The translations under genes and the position numbers were made by a program. The notes beneath the pieces were generated by a model. The model worked only from the letters and a program-made list of their open reading frames with translations. It searched no databases and was not told the origin of the DNA. DNA of 43,043 nucleotides from a bacterium (GTDB taxonomy: Bacteria; Patescibacteriota; Minisyncoccia; Phycocordibacterales; UBA5272): positions 1 through 43,043 of the forward strand of contig JANNCJ010000048.1 in NCBI GenBank assembly GCA_031386485.1, read 5' to 3'. Numbering within the stretch: the first letter of the stretch is position 1; the number at the start of each line of letters is the position of its first letter. This document shows positions 43,023 to 43,043 of the stretch, piece by piece.

Positions 43023-43043
43023 ATATATATATATATATATATA
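43023..43043. repeat. (AT)n microsatellite at window end
   Basis: atatatatatatatatatata runs to the last base of the window. Confidence 0.9.

Noticed and set aside
43023-43043. (AT)n tract as a biological feature.
   Set aside because: It is a simple dinucleotide repeat at the very end of the window. It most likely marks an assembly or contig break rather than a functional element.

Overview
This is a 43-kb, AT-rich window (about one-third GC, judged by eye). It is gene-dense, mostly minus-strand, and looks like a reduced Patescibacteria/CPR-type genome using the standard genetic code. The housekeeping backbone comprises cmk, a VirD4/TraD-like ATPase, a processive GT2, a SEDS protein (FtsW/RodA), an ECF sigma factor, map, adk, secY, rpsO, murB and a PilB/GspE ATPase. 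It also holds four tRNAs (Thr-UGU, Ser-GCU, Leu-GAG, His-GUG). Accessory material is interleaved throughout. (1) There are five paralogous P-loop ATPase + winged-helix + PD-(D/E)xK genes (COG1373 / AAA_14-DUF4143-like). Four have their own palindrome just upstream of the start codon, and three cluster at 32.9-38.4 kb around two orphan genes. (2) Toxin-type modules: HicAB, a second HicB with a truncated HicA, a NUDIX + MazF/PemK-like fusion wedged between secY and adk, and Fic. (3) A GIY-YIG gene next to tRNA-Ser is bracketed by diverged direct repeats. (4) Also present are DUF3800, a pentapeptide-repeat protein and a CsoR copper cluster with its operator. (5) Short compositional islands with clearly higher GC carry orphan small ORFs; two islands show near-consensus promoters and terminator-like hairpins, and two ORFs in a third share a 57-nt leader. 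(6) There are families of GC-rich intergenic repeats; one family is an intact 48-codon Cys-rich prelipoprotein-like sORF plus two decayed copies. I recognised no rRNA, CRISPR array, transposase, integrase or reverse transcriptase. All homology calls are motif recognition by eye. Nothing was searched or computed, and hand-derived coordinates may be off by 1-2 nt.
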